A DNA stretch of 64,000 nt from Antedon mediterranea (lineage: Eukaryota > Animalia > Echinodermata): the NCBI RefSeq assembly GCF_964355755.1, contig NC_092672.1, forward strand, positions 19,791,237-19,855,236, written 5' to 3'. The notes below the pieces were generated by a model. The model saw only the letters and a program-made list of their open reading frames with translations, had not been told where the DNA came from and did no database searches. The position numbers and the translations under genes were made by a program. Shown here piece by piece: positions 26,691 through 41,600 of this stretch (positions are counted from its first letter, which is position 1; every line of letters starts with the position of its first letter).

Positions 26691-29600
26691 GTAAGTTATA
26701 CATTCTTTCATAGTCATATTTTTTGATATTTTGTATTTTAAATATAATGATCTTTTGAGTAATAATATCTGCATGTTATAATGCTATTTAATGTTTTTAT
26801 TTAACTGTATTGATGCTAGAATTGGCATGTTTTGAAGTTTTTCAATATATTTTTTTCTCTGATATTTAGTCATAAAAATTGATATGACACTATACATTTT
26901 GTCATGTTTAAACATTTCCATTGAACTCTTTATAAAACAATGAAAACTACAGCAACATACTATTGAAATATAATCCTTATTCCAAAGTTTAGATATACAG
27001 TAATTAAGTCGGAATTATGTACACTTCTATTACACAAAATTTCAATTTTTTTTAGTTCATTTTCACAAAACTGTTTAATAACTTTTGAAACACTATGATT
27101 CTACCTATATATCACATAGAGGTACAAATGATCAAAGATGCTAGTTGATAGACATATAGACTGTATTCATTTATTTTATAATTATCATCATACTCATTTG
27201 CCATACTCTCCTTTATTCCTTTCAACAACATCACCACCAACTCCAACCACCTCCTGGTTATAGTCACCACCACCAATCCCAAGAATGATGATGCAGAATT
27301 TGGTTGAGAGCTAAAGTGATCTTTTAATACACACCACAATTATAGTTCTTTGTTATTAGGTTTTAATTATTTTTTCCATATACAATATAAGATACAGATA
27401 GTATATCTGCCACATTTATTCTTTATACTCAGGATTATTCAAACATAAAGAAAACTGAAATAGCGGCACAAATATAATTTTGTAAGTTATTTTCCGTACC
27501 TAGTAGTAGTTTTTAACAAATCACCTTACATAATAATTACAGTATCAAACCACCATTACAACATCATTCAAACAAAATGTAAAAATAAACAAATCATCAT
27601 TAGCATAACTAGGTGATGATTGATCCATAGCAATATTTTTAGTCTATTTAAAAAATGTTTATTTCTTAAAATTTATTTAGATATACATACACACATAGTA
27701 AATTATAGTAAACAAAAAATAAATGGAAATTGTTTAACACTAAACAACCTACATTAGAGGTGAAATACCACTAAGAAACACAAGAAAGCTGAACTTAGAC
27801 TTAAATGTTCTACACAACTGTAACAAGTTCAGAGTGTATCCAACATTTAACATTATGACATATTTTAGACCACTGACAATGGTGATCACCAGTGCTTCGC
27901 AAAGTCTGCAGTTGCACTTTATATCATGTTTTATTCATTCATATTTATCTCCATCATCCAACTTTATCAAACAAAACTTTTTTTAGGATAAACATACAGT
28001 AGCTATATGTAAGGTTCAACTTTAATAATTTTAAAAAGTTTAACATTTTCTAACATTAATGTTAAAAGATTACTTTTAAAAGAACTTATATTATAATTTC
28101 AATTTTCAGTACAAGCTATTTAACAATTTAAAAAAAATATATGCCAAGTTATTGTAGCATTACTTTATATTTTAATCAATGGATGTAAATGACTTTGCAT
28201 TATATAAATGTATTACAATTGTTTATAAACTCTTAATTGTTGTAGATTCTATTACAGTACAATCTTTTTTAAAACTAAAAAAGACCTTGGTTCATCCTTG
28301 TTTCAGTTGGATATGGTCCTACCTTTTCAATAGAATTACATTCATGTTCACAGTAAATTAAGATTTACAGTATCTCTTTTAAAATTAAATTCAATAAAAC
28401 TACAGTATATCCCATAACAATTTTCCTATGAATAAATAGATGGAATTATTCTTAGTTTATTGATTTGATTCAGACCAATTTTATACACATTTAGCAATAT
28501 TTTTTTCATTTTTTAACTAATAATATGCATAGAAAATGTTTATTTTACAACTACAATACCTCATTAAGTAATTCATTTATTTACTTTTTTATGGCTTTAA
28601 CTAGTTGAATTCTCTCATGGTACCAATATAAAGTCTTAATCGGCAATAAATTTCTATTGATCATACATTCTAATAATTTATGTTTCATATTTTTTTAGAT
28701 TTTATTGTGTTACAATAAAGGAAAAATAAACGGTGTGGGTAAAAACATTATCAGATGACTAAATATATGTATATAACATTTTAATACATTTCTGATGTTT
28801 TTGTGCACAACTTCAAATTTTTATTTTTGTGCTATTAGTAGTAAATAAATTTATCTTCCCATTTCCACCCTTTAAGACAGAATAGTCCAACTTCCCTTCC
28901 CCTGTAGTAGAGCACCGTATCAAGAATGTTAAATAACAGACAAGAGACATAAAATTGCTTGTCTACATACACTTTATTCACAGTACACATTTGGCTGAAT
29001 GCATATAACAACATTACTATAAGCCCAACAACTGGGAAACCTTTAACATGTGGCTTACCTTTAATCGGTCATGCTTTTTAACAACCTACCTTAAACCCCT
29101 GCGTTAGCGGCTAAGGTAACACCAACCCAGCAAATGCTATGCAGTCCAAATAGATACTTATTGTACCCACATCTTCGTAAAATATCCTTAAACAGCACGG
29201 CAGCGTCAATAGGACATCTTTCTAGCATGTGCCTACTACTACTAGTTTATTTCACTGACTAAATAGTGCTAGTGTGGTTCCATGCCTTCTACTCTCTATC
29301 AGCATGTATAAAGACCCAGGTATCTGTGTCCAACAATAATGTCCAACCACCAATAGTTTTGATAGTTCAAACACTGAATTATTTAATATTTTAAATAAAC
29401 CAAAATAAATTTACACTATCTAGTATCTTTGTAAAAAATATATAAAATTTTCCTTTTACCCAAACCTTGTATTATTTTAGCTAAATACAGAATTTAATTT
29501 ACAGTATTGTGGTACAAAACTATGGAACCAAGACCTTCTGTTTCTGAATTATTTCTTGTAGATGTTAAAACTTTGATTAGTTTTATAAACTACACCCTTT

Positions 29601-32600
29601 CACCTTCTGTCAATTATATAAGAATGTATTTATTCTGTTACTGACATTCAATGATTCAGGTTTCTCCTTCATCTAATGTTCAAGCAGTATTGTTATAATT
29701 TTTTTTATTGAGAATTGTCCTATAATTTCACACATAAATTAATTATTCCCTCAGATTTGGAATCAAAATAAAATGAACATTGACTTGGGAATGTATTTAA
29801 TAATTGCCTTGATTCAATACTACCTTATACATTTAATAATCTAAATAGCAATCATATCGATATTTTTAATGATAGACTTGGTTATTTTAAGAGGACGATG
29901 ATGTGTTCACTTCTTGAACAGTCTGCATAACCTGTTTTAATTGAAATTTTTTATGGCATGCCAATCTATGTTTTTTATATATATATATATATTTTATCTG
30001 TATTTTATTGTTAACCGTTTTTGATGTTGTATTGTTTTATGTTTCAAACCTGTTAGTGGCGGTATTTATCGCTGTTGGTTTTGATTGAATAAAATAAAAT
30101 AAAAAATAAAAATAAAATACACAACTATTAATTTAGATTGTATACTGGCTTTTTCTTTTATCCAAATGTACATATGAAAAACATAAGCACTCATTTTGAG
30201 GACTTGTGATGAGTTGAAAATCAAATAACAATATTATCAAGTTAAAGTTCAATACAATTTTTTTCGTAATGGTCAAATGAATACAAAACAGAAAATATAT
30301 TTAGGTTACATTAATTTGTTTAAAAAGTAGCATGAAAACATAAAATAAATTACATGAATAAAGGTAATAACTATACAGGAACCAAAACTTAAAATAAATA
30401 AATAAAATCAACAGAAATATAGACAATAGCATATTATTTCATCAGAAAAGTAGTTGGACAGATAATGATTTTTTCAAATATCATTTAAAAGTTTTTACAA
30501 TTAGAAATAATGGTTAAATCAAGACTATTCCACTTATATTTGGGGTAAAACATTATTTTTTGTTTAAAATAATTGCCAAACTCTGCAATCCTCCAAAAAA
30601 ACATAGCAAACCTCATTTAACCAACATAAAAGTGATTGAATTAGTGTACAACTCACTTGGTTTGTCAATTAACAACTTTAAATATATTTTTGTTAAATAC
30701 TTAATTTTGTGGTTAAGCATCATTTTTTCGTTTAAAAACAATATTGATAAACCTTCACCGCCTCAAACAATGTTACAATAATGTATAAGTAAAACATTTT
30801 ATTTTAATTTCTTTAGAATACTAATATATTTAGATATTTTATTTGAGAAAAATTGTTGGCAGCCAATAATCTAATTAAAAGACCAAGGAATGATACTTCA
30901 CTTTTTTTCAATTAATTTTCCATTAAAAAAATATAACAATTGTTGTGTGTAAGTTCACTAATACAATTAGTTTTAGTCGTATTAATTAATAATTAGTTTG
31001 TAGTTAACCATTTACTAACTTACTTAACTTTAAATTTAAAAAGTTCAACAAGACAATATTGTTATTAAAATGTAAAGTTGTATTATCTGCATAAAAAAAT
31101 TTGTCTGAAAAATTTACTAATTATTAATTTGAAATAATGATTTCGATCTGTAAAATACCTTTTAAACCAATCTAAGAAAGGCTCCAAAATACCATAACGA
31201 AACCACTTGAAAATATCATGGTTAACAACATCAAAAGTTTTTGATAAATCTAGAAAAGTACTTTCAAAAGCAGTATTAACAGTGGTATTGTATGCATACA
31301 TTTTTCATTATTTTTTTGAAAAAATTGGTAAAATTAAGATTGGTATAAAAGTATCCGTTTTTAAATACAGGATTTACATTTAATATGATTAGGTACAGAA
31401 CCCATCATGAATGATTGATTAATGGCGTATGTGAGATGGCTTATAATTAATGGAGCAACCTTTTTAAGAATCATGCTCTGAACCTTTACTAGAATTCAAA
31501 TTATTAATTATATTAAGCACTTCTGTTTCAGATATAAATGGGAGGTGGTAATTAAGAGATTAGGTCTTTGCCATTTTAGAATATATAGAATTACAGAGTT
31601 TTACAAATGTGGCTATACTTTTTATATCTTGAAATATTTGAACTTTTATGAATTTTTAAAAGTTTATGCTAATGTTTACTAAATTTATTTAGGTGGGGTG
31701 TGTAGAGGGTGTCATCGATAGTTGTTTTAGTGTTTTGGTTTTTTTTTAACTTCAAAAAGTATATAAAAAAATGTATCCAACATTAGGATTAACTGTACAG
31801 TTTAGACGAATCAGTTTGAGAAAGATCAAAGCAAAATGCACCTATATCTGTAATTCAGTATCAATGGTCAAGAACGTCAACCTTATTGAAAGTTAATCAT
31901 AATCAATTATTTTTGAAATAGGTAAATGATCAGAGATGTCTGAATTGTAATACCTGATAAAATATCAAAATATGTAGGCCTATAGAGTATCATGGTGTGA
32001 TGTCACAATGATAGAGGGCGCTGCATGGTTGCTAGCCAAACAAAAAATGCGTTCAACGCTACTATGTTGATAAACTGTAAATATCTGTATTTCCTATTAT
32101 TTTTGAAATAGGTAAATGATCAGAAATGTCTGAATTGTAATACCCAATAAAATATCAAAATTGGTAGGCCTATGGTTTGTGTAAAAATAATCAATAAGTT
32201 CTGCATTTTTTTTTTGTAATTATCATCAGTCGTAGGGAAAAACGTACAATAGTTGATAAGATAATATAAAATAATTATTAATTAGATTATGCTTATTATT
32301 AATTTGATTACAACAATGTTGAATTCTCCCACAATATTACAAAGTCTTCATGATTTAAATCTTGAAATCAATTAATTTATAATAACAGCAAAATGTTATG
32401 TTATTAGATTTCAGTTGACTTTAAATTAAAGACAATTATAGAATTCTTTTTTGTTTTATTGATTTTTAAAAAGCGAATCACATATAGCTCTTTTGTCAAT
32501 AAATCTGATCACATTTTGTAATAAAAAAAAACAAAATTGTGTTCTAGAATGTTCATAACATTTTTAATTAAATACATTATGCGTATGACAAAGATGGTGA

Positions 32601-35600
32601 TTTGTTTGTAAGGATTTCTGAATCAAATAAATATTATGCAGAGCTATTCAAGTATGTCTTCACTCGTAGAAAAAAAAAATAGTTATTTCACTTATAAAAT
32701 GACAAATAAATGGTTATTCAACCAAAAACCCATTGGCTGCATTGGCTGGCAGCCAATTTGAACATATTTTCATTAAAACATTTAATTTGAAATTTTTTCA
32801 GGTAAATACATTTTTTTACATCAAATTTTTTTTTTTGTTAAAATGGATAACTATTATGTTACATTAAAATGGCACATTCCACAAAAATGTTGTTAAGAAT
32901 AATTTTTTTTTTCAGGGGGACATAAAATTTCACAAACCTTCAATTGTTCTTACATATGATTTTGTATTTTAAAAGTGCAATTTTCACAAATTGTTTTTCA
33001 GACAAGTCACTTAAATGCCCTATGATCCCTGTGTATTATAATGATCAAAGATGCTAGTTGTACTGAATATTTTAGTATGATTTATTCATCATTTTTAGTA
33101 GTGCATTTTGCCATACTCTCTTTTATTGTCAACACACTACCAACTCCGTCCGCCACCTCCTCCTCATTAAATAATGAAGAGCAATGATATTAAAGGATGT
33201 AATATAGACCCATATTAGACCCAGTTTTAGTTTGTGCTTATTTTTTCCATAATACATTACAAGGGCCTATACATTTTATATTACACAGTGCCCTCACTCA
33301 TCATTTATTTTACTTAAATTCTGTTTATATTGTTAGCACTTTCAGTACCAGTGTACTGTTCAATAAAAACCCAAAAATCTGTACAAAATTTTATTTAATT
33401 TAATTTTTTTAGACCTTTTTTACAAAACAACTTTATTGAAATAGCATTTAAATAAAAAAAAAACTATTACCAGCATTAAACTAGATGATGATTTCATTTC
33501 ATTATTCGGTCTATTTCAGTATATACAAAAAAAATGAAATTAAGGAGACCAGGGTCAACCTAAGTGAACTTAATCACTGAGACTCTAAGCTCACTATGTC
33601 GGTCGGTAGGTCGGTCGGTAAACACTAACTCAAATTTGCACACGTGACTAAAGCCATGTATACGGCCTTGTTAATCATCTATTTAAATAATAATAAATAC
33701 AACATAGTATAAAACTGACTCCAAATAACAATGATTCAACGTTTCAAACTTTATTTGATCATCATCAGGAATGATGATAAAATGTATTATTACTGGTCCT
33801 CAAGTTTAACTGGAAACTGAGGAAATTCGGATTAGGCCCTCCACGGACCCACGGCAGCCAGCAGTGCAGCGCCTACCAGATCAGCACACCGGGAGACGAT
33901 CCCCTACTCTTTTCGAATAGTGTACCAAGTTCTTTAGCGTGCACTGTTAAGTACACGGGACCAACGGCTTTACGTCCCATCCGAAGGACGAGGCAATGAG
34001 AGTAAAGCATCTTGCCTAAGGATGCAATTAGTATGGTACAGATAACCTCGAACCCATGCCTATCACATGCTAGTTCGATATTACCTTTCCACCATCACTC
34101 TCTGGTGTATATACAGCACCCGCCGCTATTTCTAGACGGTCTCCCATCCAGAACGCAACCGGGCCCAACGTTGCTTAACTTCGGTGATCTGACGAGAACC
34201 GGTGTTTCAACGCAGTATGGCCGTATAATTTGCACACATGACTAAAGCCATGTATACGGCCTTGTTAATCATCTATTTAAATAATAATAAATACAACATA
34301 GTATAAAACTGACTCCAAATAACAATGATTCAACGTTTCAAACTTTATTTGATCATCATCAGGAATGATGATAAAATGTAAGCATTATTGTTATTATTAT
34401 GGAATGCTTTATTAAATAGGTAACAGCAGTGAGCACCAGTGCTTTGCACAGTCTGTAGTATAATTAAAATGATTCCATCTTCTATCATTGTTTCATTTAT
34501 TCATCTTCTTCATCATTATAAGACAATAACAAACAAACTCGTTTAAATATAAATCTACCCACTGTAATGTTGGTGTTGCTACAGTTGTTCATACTTTAGA
34601 ACAATGACAGATTATCAATGCTTACTTTATAGCATTCATTCAAGTATAAGCAATAATGTCAACAGTATACTATTTGAAAATCACAAGACAAAAAGATCAA
34701 CTTTATTATTATGATTTTGTAAAGCTTAATATTTGTTAACAGACTGTTCATTCTTTTGAATTCAAACTTTATTTATCCACAAAATATCAAAGATTAAAAA
34801 TAAACTTGTTTCAAAAATGAAAAAAATTTAAAACAGTGATCGTGCCTTTAGTTGCATGGTCATTGACACTATTTTAACTAAAATAACTAACTAAAATTTA
34901 AAGTTTAGTTAGCAAAGTTCAAAAGGATGAATTAAAACACCTAATAAAAACCTTAAAAAGAGCCTACGAGGATGCTTGTTTTTCTTGTCTTACCATTATT
35001 GAATAAATGTTATTGAATTGAAATTAAATTGAATTGAATTAACAGCCACCACATATTATAATATACATTAATGACAAATATGATGTTTTAATTAAGTTTA
35101 ACTAAAAATGAAAAACTACAATGTGTATTCCCTTTGCGTACTGATCAGCCATTTTTTATTGTTGCAAGGTTTCAAAATGATGCAATGAACTTTACTCCGT
35201 CCATTGGATTGAATGTTAAATCGACCAAATATAAGTCCTGATAATGAACAGAACAGAGTATGCTCAGTATAATGTGCATAAGCATGCGCAGATTAATATT
35301 TTGTGTAGATTACCGTGATCCTTTCATCTACCGTCCACCTTTGTCTACCATACTGTCATAAAGTCAACTACCACACTTTATTTCAAAGGATAACATTTTT
35401 AGCATAATTATTTTTTTTGTTAAATGGTTGCATAATTTAGTTATCCACACCTTGGTGGATAACTCCTTGTGATTGTATAAATTCATCATCAACTTTTTTT
35501 ATCTGTATTATTTTTTTTTCATTCAACATTTCATAATTTCGTAAAGTTGTGCACCTACTATTTTTTTTAAACGTCAGAGTTGCGCAACATTTCTTGCGCG

Positions 35601-38600
35601 CGATTTTATGAATTTAAATGATTGATCATAGATTAAAAACCAAACGTCATTTTGTATTGACATATTTTTTAATTAAGTCATATCAAGAGTCAACTTTCTG
35701 TAGATTAAAAATGCAATGTTTCACACAAAGTTACGCACACAAGATTTTTTCTTACAACCAACACCTGCAATTGCTATAACTAATGCGTATTTTCATTAAA
35801 AGCCTTAAAAGAATTGAAAAGTCAATTAAACCATATCAAATTTTATTTTAATGATTTTACTGATTTTGATTTTAAATGTATTATGGCTACCCTTACAGTA
35901 CATGATGGCATTGTTAACCGTATTTCACATTGACCATTCTTATTATTTAAAATGCATAATTATGGCTACTCATACATGCTGATTGCATTCTTAACCCTAT
36001 TTCACATGGACTATTCTTTTTATTGTACAAGTTACTAAATGTTTTAGTTTACTTAATTCACTTCCCACAACCTTAATCAATAATCACCTTGACAAATTTC
36101 AATATAAATTTACCTCCTGGTTCATCCTGTTTTTCATCACTGTTTTCCTCCTTGTACTCTATTTGCACAAACATACTTTGCCTATTATATTATTCTTAAT
36201 AGTTGTTGTTTACAATAGTGATGAAAGCATTAATTTTGAAAATTTCTGTAATTTCGCGTGGAAGTAATCATATTTATCTTAATTTATGTCATGTTCATCC
36301 CACCAAAATCTGATGATGAAAAGAGTTACCATGAAATTAGTACTTATGTAGAAACAAGGCTATATAAAAAAAAGGATAGATTCAGGGTTTAACAAAATAT
36401 ATGACATAATCAATTTTAACCGGCTGAAAACATCTATTGAAATCCTCCATACATTATGTAGAAGAGCTGACTATTGCAATATGCTTTATTAGTTGATGCC
36501 ATTCCAAAAGATTGTATAAGTATAATTAAGAATCATAACAACAATATGTCTGTACATATTAAGGATGAATGTATTATAACAATTAAATAACACATAACAC
36601 ATAACAGCAAAATGTATACTCATGCTTTAAATCAAAAGCTATTACTTCTCGTGTTTTAAACAAATGGAATGTTGCTCTCAACGCCCAAAACATAAATCCG
36701 ATAAAGAAGGTGAAAAATGAAAAAATATACTAAATTATAAACCATTACATAAAATTGTTCCAACTAACTTACAGCTGTATCTGGAAATTGAAAAAAATGA
36801 ATGTGATATATATGTGTTATTGAAAATGAAAAGCATAAGTTCTTATAATTATTGTATACATAACAAATTATGTAAAAATATTGATAACATTTTTATAGGA
36901 ATAGACAATAGCAGTAGTTCATTTAAAGAACCTCTTTAATAAATGCATGGCTCAGATTGTCTACAGTATATACATATATACAGTGCTTAAATGCTTTAAG
37001 TATCTAATACCTTGCAATTGTATATTCTTTTAACAATCATAAATCATACAGGTTTGATAATGCATTTTTTCTCATACCAGACGTATATGTTGAACTTTCT
37101 GTCAATCCTTTGTATATCAATGGATTTAAAACATAGAAAATGAGACTTCAATTGCAACTCTTGCATATAAGTTTAACTACGTCAACGTCGGTGAGGTTGA
37201 AATCTGTTTGTCAGTGGGTCTCACACCCAGCAAAGACGGGTACAGGTGCTAGTAGTAATTTATATGATCAGATCATTTGATATCTGCTGCTTTAAAGTAC
37301 AGTTTGATTTTATGTGATCACATCATTTCCCTATTATCATTTGATTTATAATTTTAGTTGTAGTTTTGTTGTTGTCGTCATTGTGGTTTATATTTCTGAA
37401 ACTAAACAAGTTGAACGGATTAAAAAATAAAACATCTTACAATGTTTCTATATTGTGTAGTGAATATTTTTCATCAAGATCAAATATACATAAGTTAGAA
37501 CTCAGAATTAGAATGCTCAGGATATTATTGAGTATCACTGAAATATTTATTAATAAATACAAATGTTGTTGAATTGTGTTATCCTAATGTCTACTACCAT
37601 TATATACATATATACAGTGCTTAAATGCTTTAAGTATCTAATACCTTGCAATTTTATATTCTTTTAACAATCATAAATCATACAGGTTTGATAATGCATT
37701 TTTTCTCATATTTGTATAATTTTCTAACAATTTGAATAAAATAGGTGTTTATCAAGTCAATACTGTATTCAAATTTAGGAACAGCTTAATCACAAAATAA
37801 TGGGATCATTGTGCACTTTGTAATATTAATAATTCATTATACGATGTATTGATACTTTAACATTTCTTTATTGTATCTTGAACTTTGTTGTTATCATTGA
37901 TACAATAATACATGAATCAAGTGTCAACAATTATAGAGCATTCAAATTAACAGTTAATGTTGACTGATATGGTTTTACTGTACCTTTCATCTCATCTTGA
38001 AAATTAAAAAAGTAAATAAAAATTAATCAAATATTAAAAATAATTTAAATATAAAGCTGATGATATTGATTGCAATTTGCCTAATGAGGTTTGTTGATGA
38101 AAATGAGAACTCAGCAGGGTGGATTTAAAATACAAGATGTAGGCCTTAAAGTCATAATAACCTGTCATTTTAAAATACAAAATAAATTTGCAAATTGATG
38201 GTAAATACCACTTTAAAAGAGTTTATATGAAAGTATTTGTATGAAAAAATTGAATTATCATATGCATTTATTATTTTTAGAATGGATCAACACCTCTGAT
38301 GAAAGCTGCATATAATGGTTTTCATGAAGTCTGCTTGGTCCTTCTCAATAAGGGAGCTGATGCAAATCAACAAAACAAGGTACTTTCACACATTGTATTT
38401 TAAAAATTTTTAAATACATAGGTGGACAGTACATACTAATAACAATTTATGTTTTGTCATTGATAATGGGATTGTAGGATAATTCAAAATTAGTACTAGT
38501 TCAAAATCTAGACTAGTAGTATATTTAATTTGTTTGAAAATGTATACCACAAATATTTGTTGACATGTGCACAACAAATAGTTTGTTTATTTTGCCTAAT

Positions 38601-41600
38601 TTATCACTCAACTTTGTTACTCTATTTTGTAAAGAAATTAATCAGAGCCTTATCATTAAATGTTTACATTATTTATATGCAGTATGTTTATTTACATATT
38701 TCTTAGTAGCAGAAATGAAGCTCACCTTATTCTGTCATATTTCCTCACAGTGGTTTGAATTCAGTACAGTACATTGCATTTCATATGCCATTTCTTATAT
38801 CTTACTGTACTGTATATTTTTCCCCCTTGACCATAACAAATATTTAAACTTCAATTTTTTAAAAACAATTCTTCTTTTCTATTGTTTGTAGAATACTGAT
38901 ACTACTTTGTCTTGTCACTCAATAAATATTATTTACCACCAAAAACGTACATTGCCTCATACTTACCTATATTTTCGGATGACTTTACTTTTACCTGGAA
39001 AATGATTTAAATGAAAAGAAGACTAATTACCCAAAAAAGGTGAAAATAATTGTGTAGTTAAATGTAATAATGAGGGCACAATTATTGTTATTATTTTGGA
39101 GGCATTTCATGCATGCATTACCACAATGCTTTCAGTGTACACAACTTGCTCGTGTGCACTTTAAAGAACCTAGTACATCTTTCGAGACGAGCAGGGGGTT
39201 ACCCCGGTGTATTAGTACATCACAGCCACTGATCACCAACTGGGCCCTCTGGGAGACCAGTCTTTGACTTTACCCAGTATAAATATAAATTTCAATTTCA
39301 ATTTCAAATCATTTTCTTTGCATCTTTTATTCACCACTGATGTAATAATGTTATGTTATTAAATGCAACTCTTAATAGGTCAAGGGTCAAATAATAAATA
39401 TATATTGTTATTGTATACTATTTATTTTCACAAATTTTATTATTATTATTATATTATAACTTATATTATCAAGGTTCTATCTTTTATTTTTTAATGAATC
39501 CCAAAAGTTTGAGACGTGTCAGTCTGTAAAGCTGTGGACAGAGATAAAATCCTTTTTTTTTGTATTATAAATAAAGCATGGCTTCCTGAGCTCCATTTGA
39601 TTCTTTCAAAGTTAAAATGATATATATACTAAAAGGAAAATAATATGTGTTACTAAGTCACGTATCCATGGTGATTGTGATGACAGGCCCAGACTCTATA
39701 CTATACATGATATTACGATACCATCTGAATTAAATATTCAGCCAGTGTGCAAAAACTTCTGGATACTATTTAAGTTGATTATCAATGAAGCATTCCTATA
39801 ATTATATAATATGGTTCAAGCCACAAAAGAGAACAAAAATGACAGTGCTAGAACCCTGGTGCATTTAACATCGTGTATAAGAGAATGACAAATTTGAATA
39901 AAGTATAAAAGCATGAAAGAGTATAAGAGCATGATGTCAATACAGAGTCTAGATTAGTGGTTTTCTGTAGTTTGCAACGCCCTTTTCATTAATTGGGTAC
40001 GTGTGTTAAATGAGCATCATCACACATTGCATACAAAAACAAGTCATGATATTATTTTATGCTCACAAAACTGAATTCAGAAGAACATCAAGCATATATT
40101 TCTGAATAAAACTGAACAAAAATTAAATAGTAGTTTCTATAATTATTAAATTGCTTTAAAAAAAAATATTTGGGATTTACACTACCCATCTGAATATACG
40201 TGCACCTTAATCTGAATACCTTATCCAACATGATTACAGTGTTTAAACAGCAAATAATACTATGCCTTTGTAGATTCATTCCATAACATAGTTTCATTCC
40301 ATTAAAACTACAATAGTAACATTATCGTATAACCTATATAACCTACCACTTTTTTTAATAGAATAAACCGAATGCTATCATCTTTTTTTAAACTATTTAA
40401 TACACAATAACATCTACACGTCTATGATAGTGCAGCCTGTCAATCACAGCTAAAGACACCAGTTGTACACCTTTGTGTCTTATTATCCAATGCATTCCAA
40501 CACAATGCTGCTCAGACACCACCTATATTATTCTACTTGAGTTTGCTAGATCATCATATAAAAGTGCATTATGATGGGATCAGATTGTTTTTATATAATT
40601 GTCCTTTATTACTAATTATAATATTGACAACCATTCTGATGTTTGTTCATGGTTGTGCAGAGCCATGATAAATTACAATTGTCACAGCTTGAATAAGGTA
40701 ACAGGGAGAAATTTAAATGAAAACCTTCCTCAAAATATTATTTCTCTGCTCAAATGCTGGATTGTAATGAGTTTTTAATATTAAATGTGTCTATATAATT
40801 TATTGTTTGTTAAGTAGGTCTTTTACCACACTGATGTTTATATGTGAAATGGTTAAATGTATTCAGATTGAGATCTGCCAATGTAAATTATCTTAATTAA
40901 AATCATTTACATTAAAAACTTTCAATTGTATTTCTATTATATTTTATCAATTTTAAGTGCTGTTCTTAAAATACAATTGCAGTCTACCAAATCATGGAGC
41001 TATAAAATAAAGCTCAATGAGACTGAAAAACTGTTAATGTACACAGCCTATAAAATACTTAGTTGAAATGCCATTATTAGACATTTTTAATCATTGATTT
41101 ATTTAGAGAAATTAATAAAACTTCACCAGAAGTTTTAGAATGGTCATATCAGTTGTATTTTGATTATTTATACTACTATAACAATATATGTTCACATTTT
41201 GTAGTAATACACTACCAACATGTATAGATAGTATTTACAATACCCATCTGAATAATTATACTACACCTTAATCTGAATACTTTATCCAATCTGAATACAG
41301 CATTTATACAGCGAATACTGTTTTGTAGTTTCATTCCATAAAACCATAATTTAACATCAAATAAATAGTCATAAAATTAAAATTAAATCTTCTTTATTTT
41401 AATAGATTCATCTCTTTGTTTTCTTTTGAAAAAGATTTTAATACACCAAAAAAAACAAAAAAAAAACATCTACCCTGTATGTGATGATACACATGGGGTC
41501 AAATCATTTTACTATTCGACCTATTCGCTAGGACAGAATAATCTGGAATTTTTTTTAAACTACCACACTTTATTTCAAAAGATAACATTTTTTAGCATAA

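Noticed and set aside
31907-32173. 77-bp direct repeat pair and other short local duplications (1500-1625, 24853-24955, 50390-50580)
   Set aside because: Ordinary short tandem duplications with no further structure.
34108-34226. Functional 5S rRNA genes (also 6062-6180)
   Set aside because: The 3' half is diverged, there is no oligo-T terminator, and the sequence is fused to a SINE body within a target duplication.
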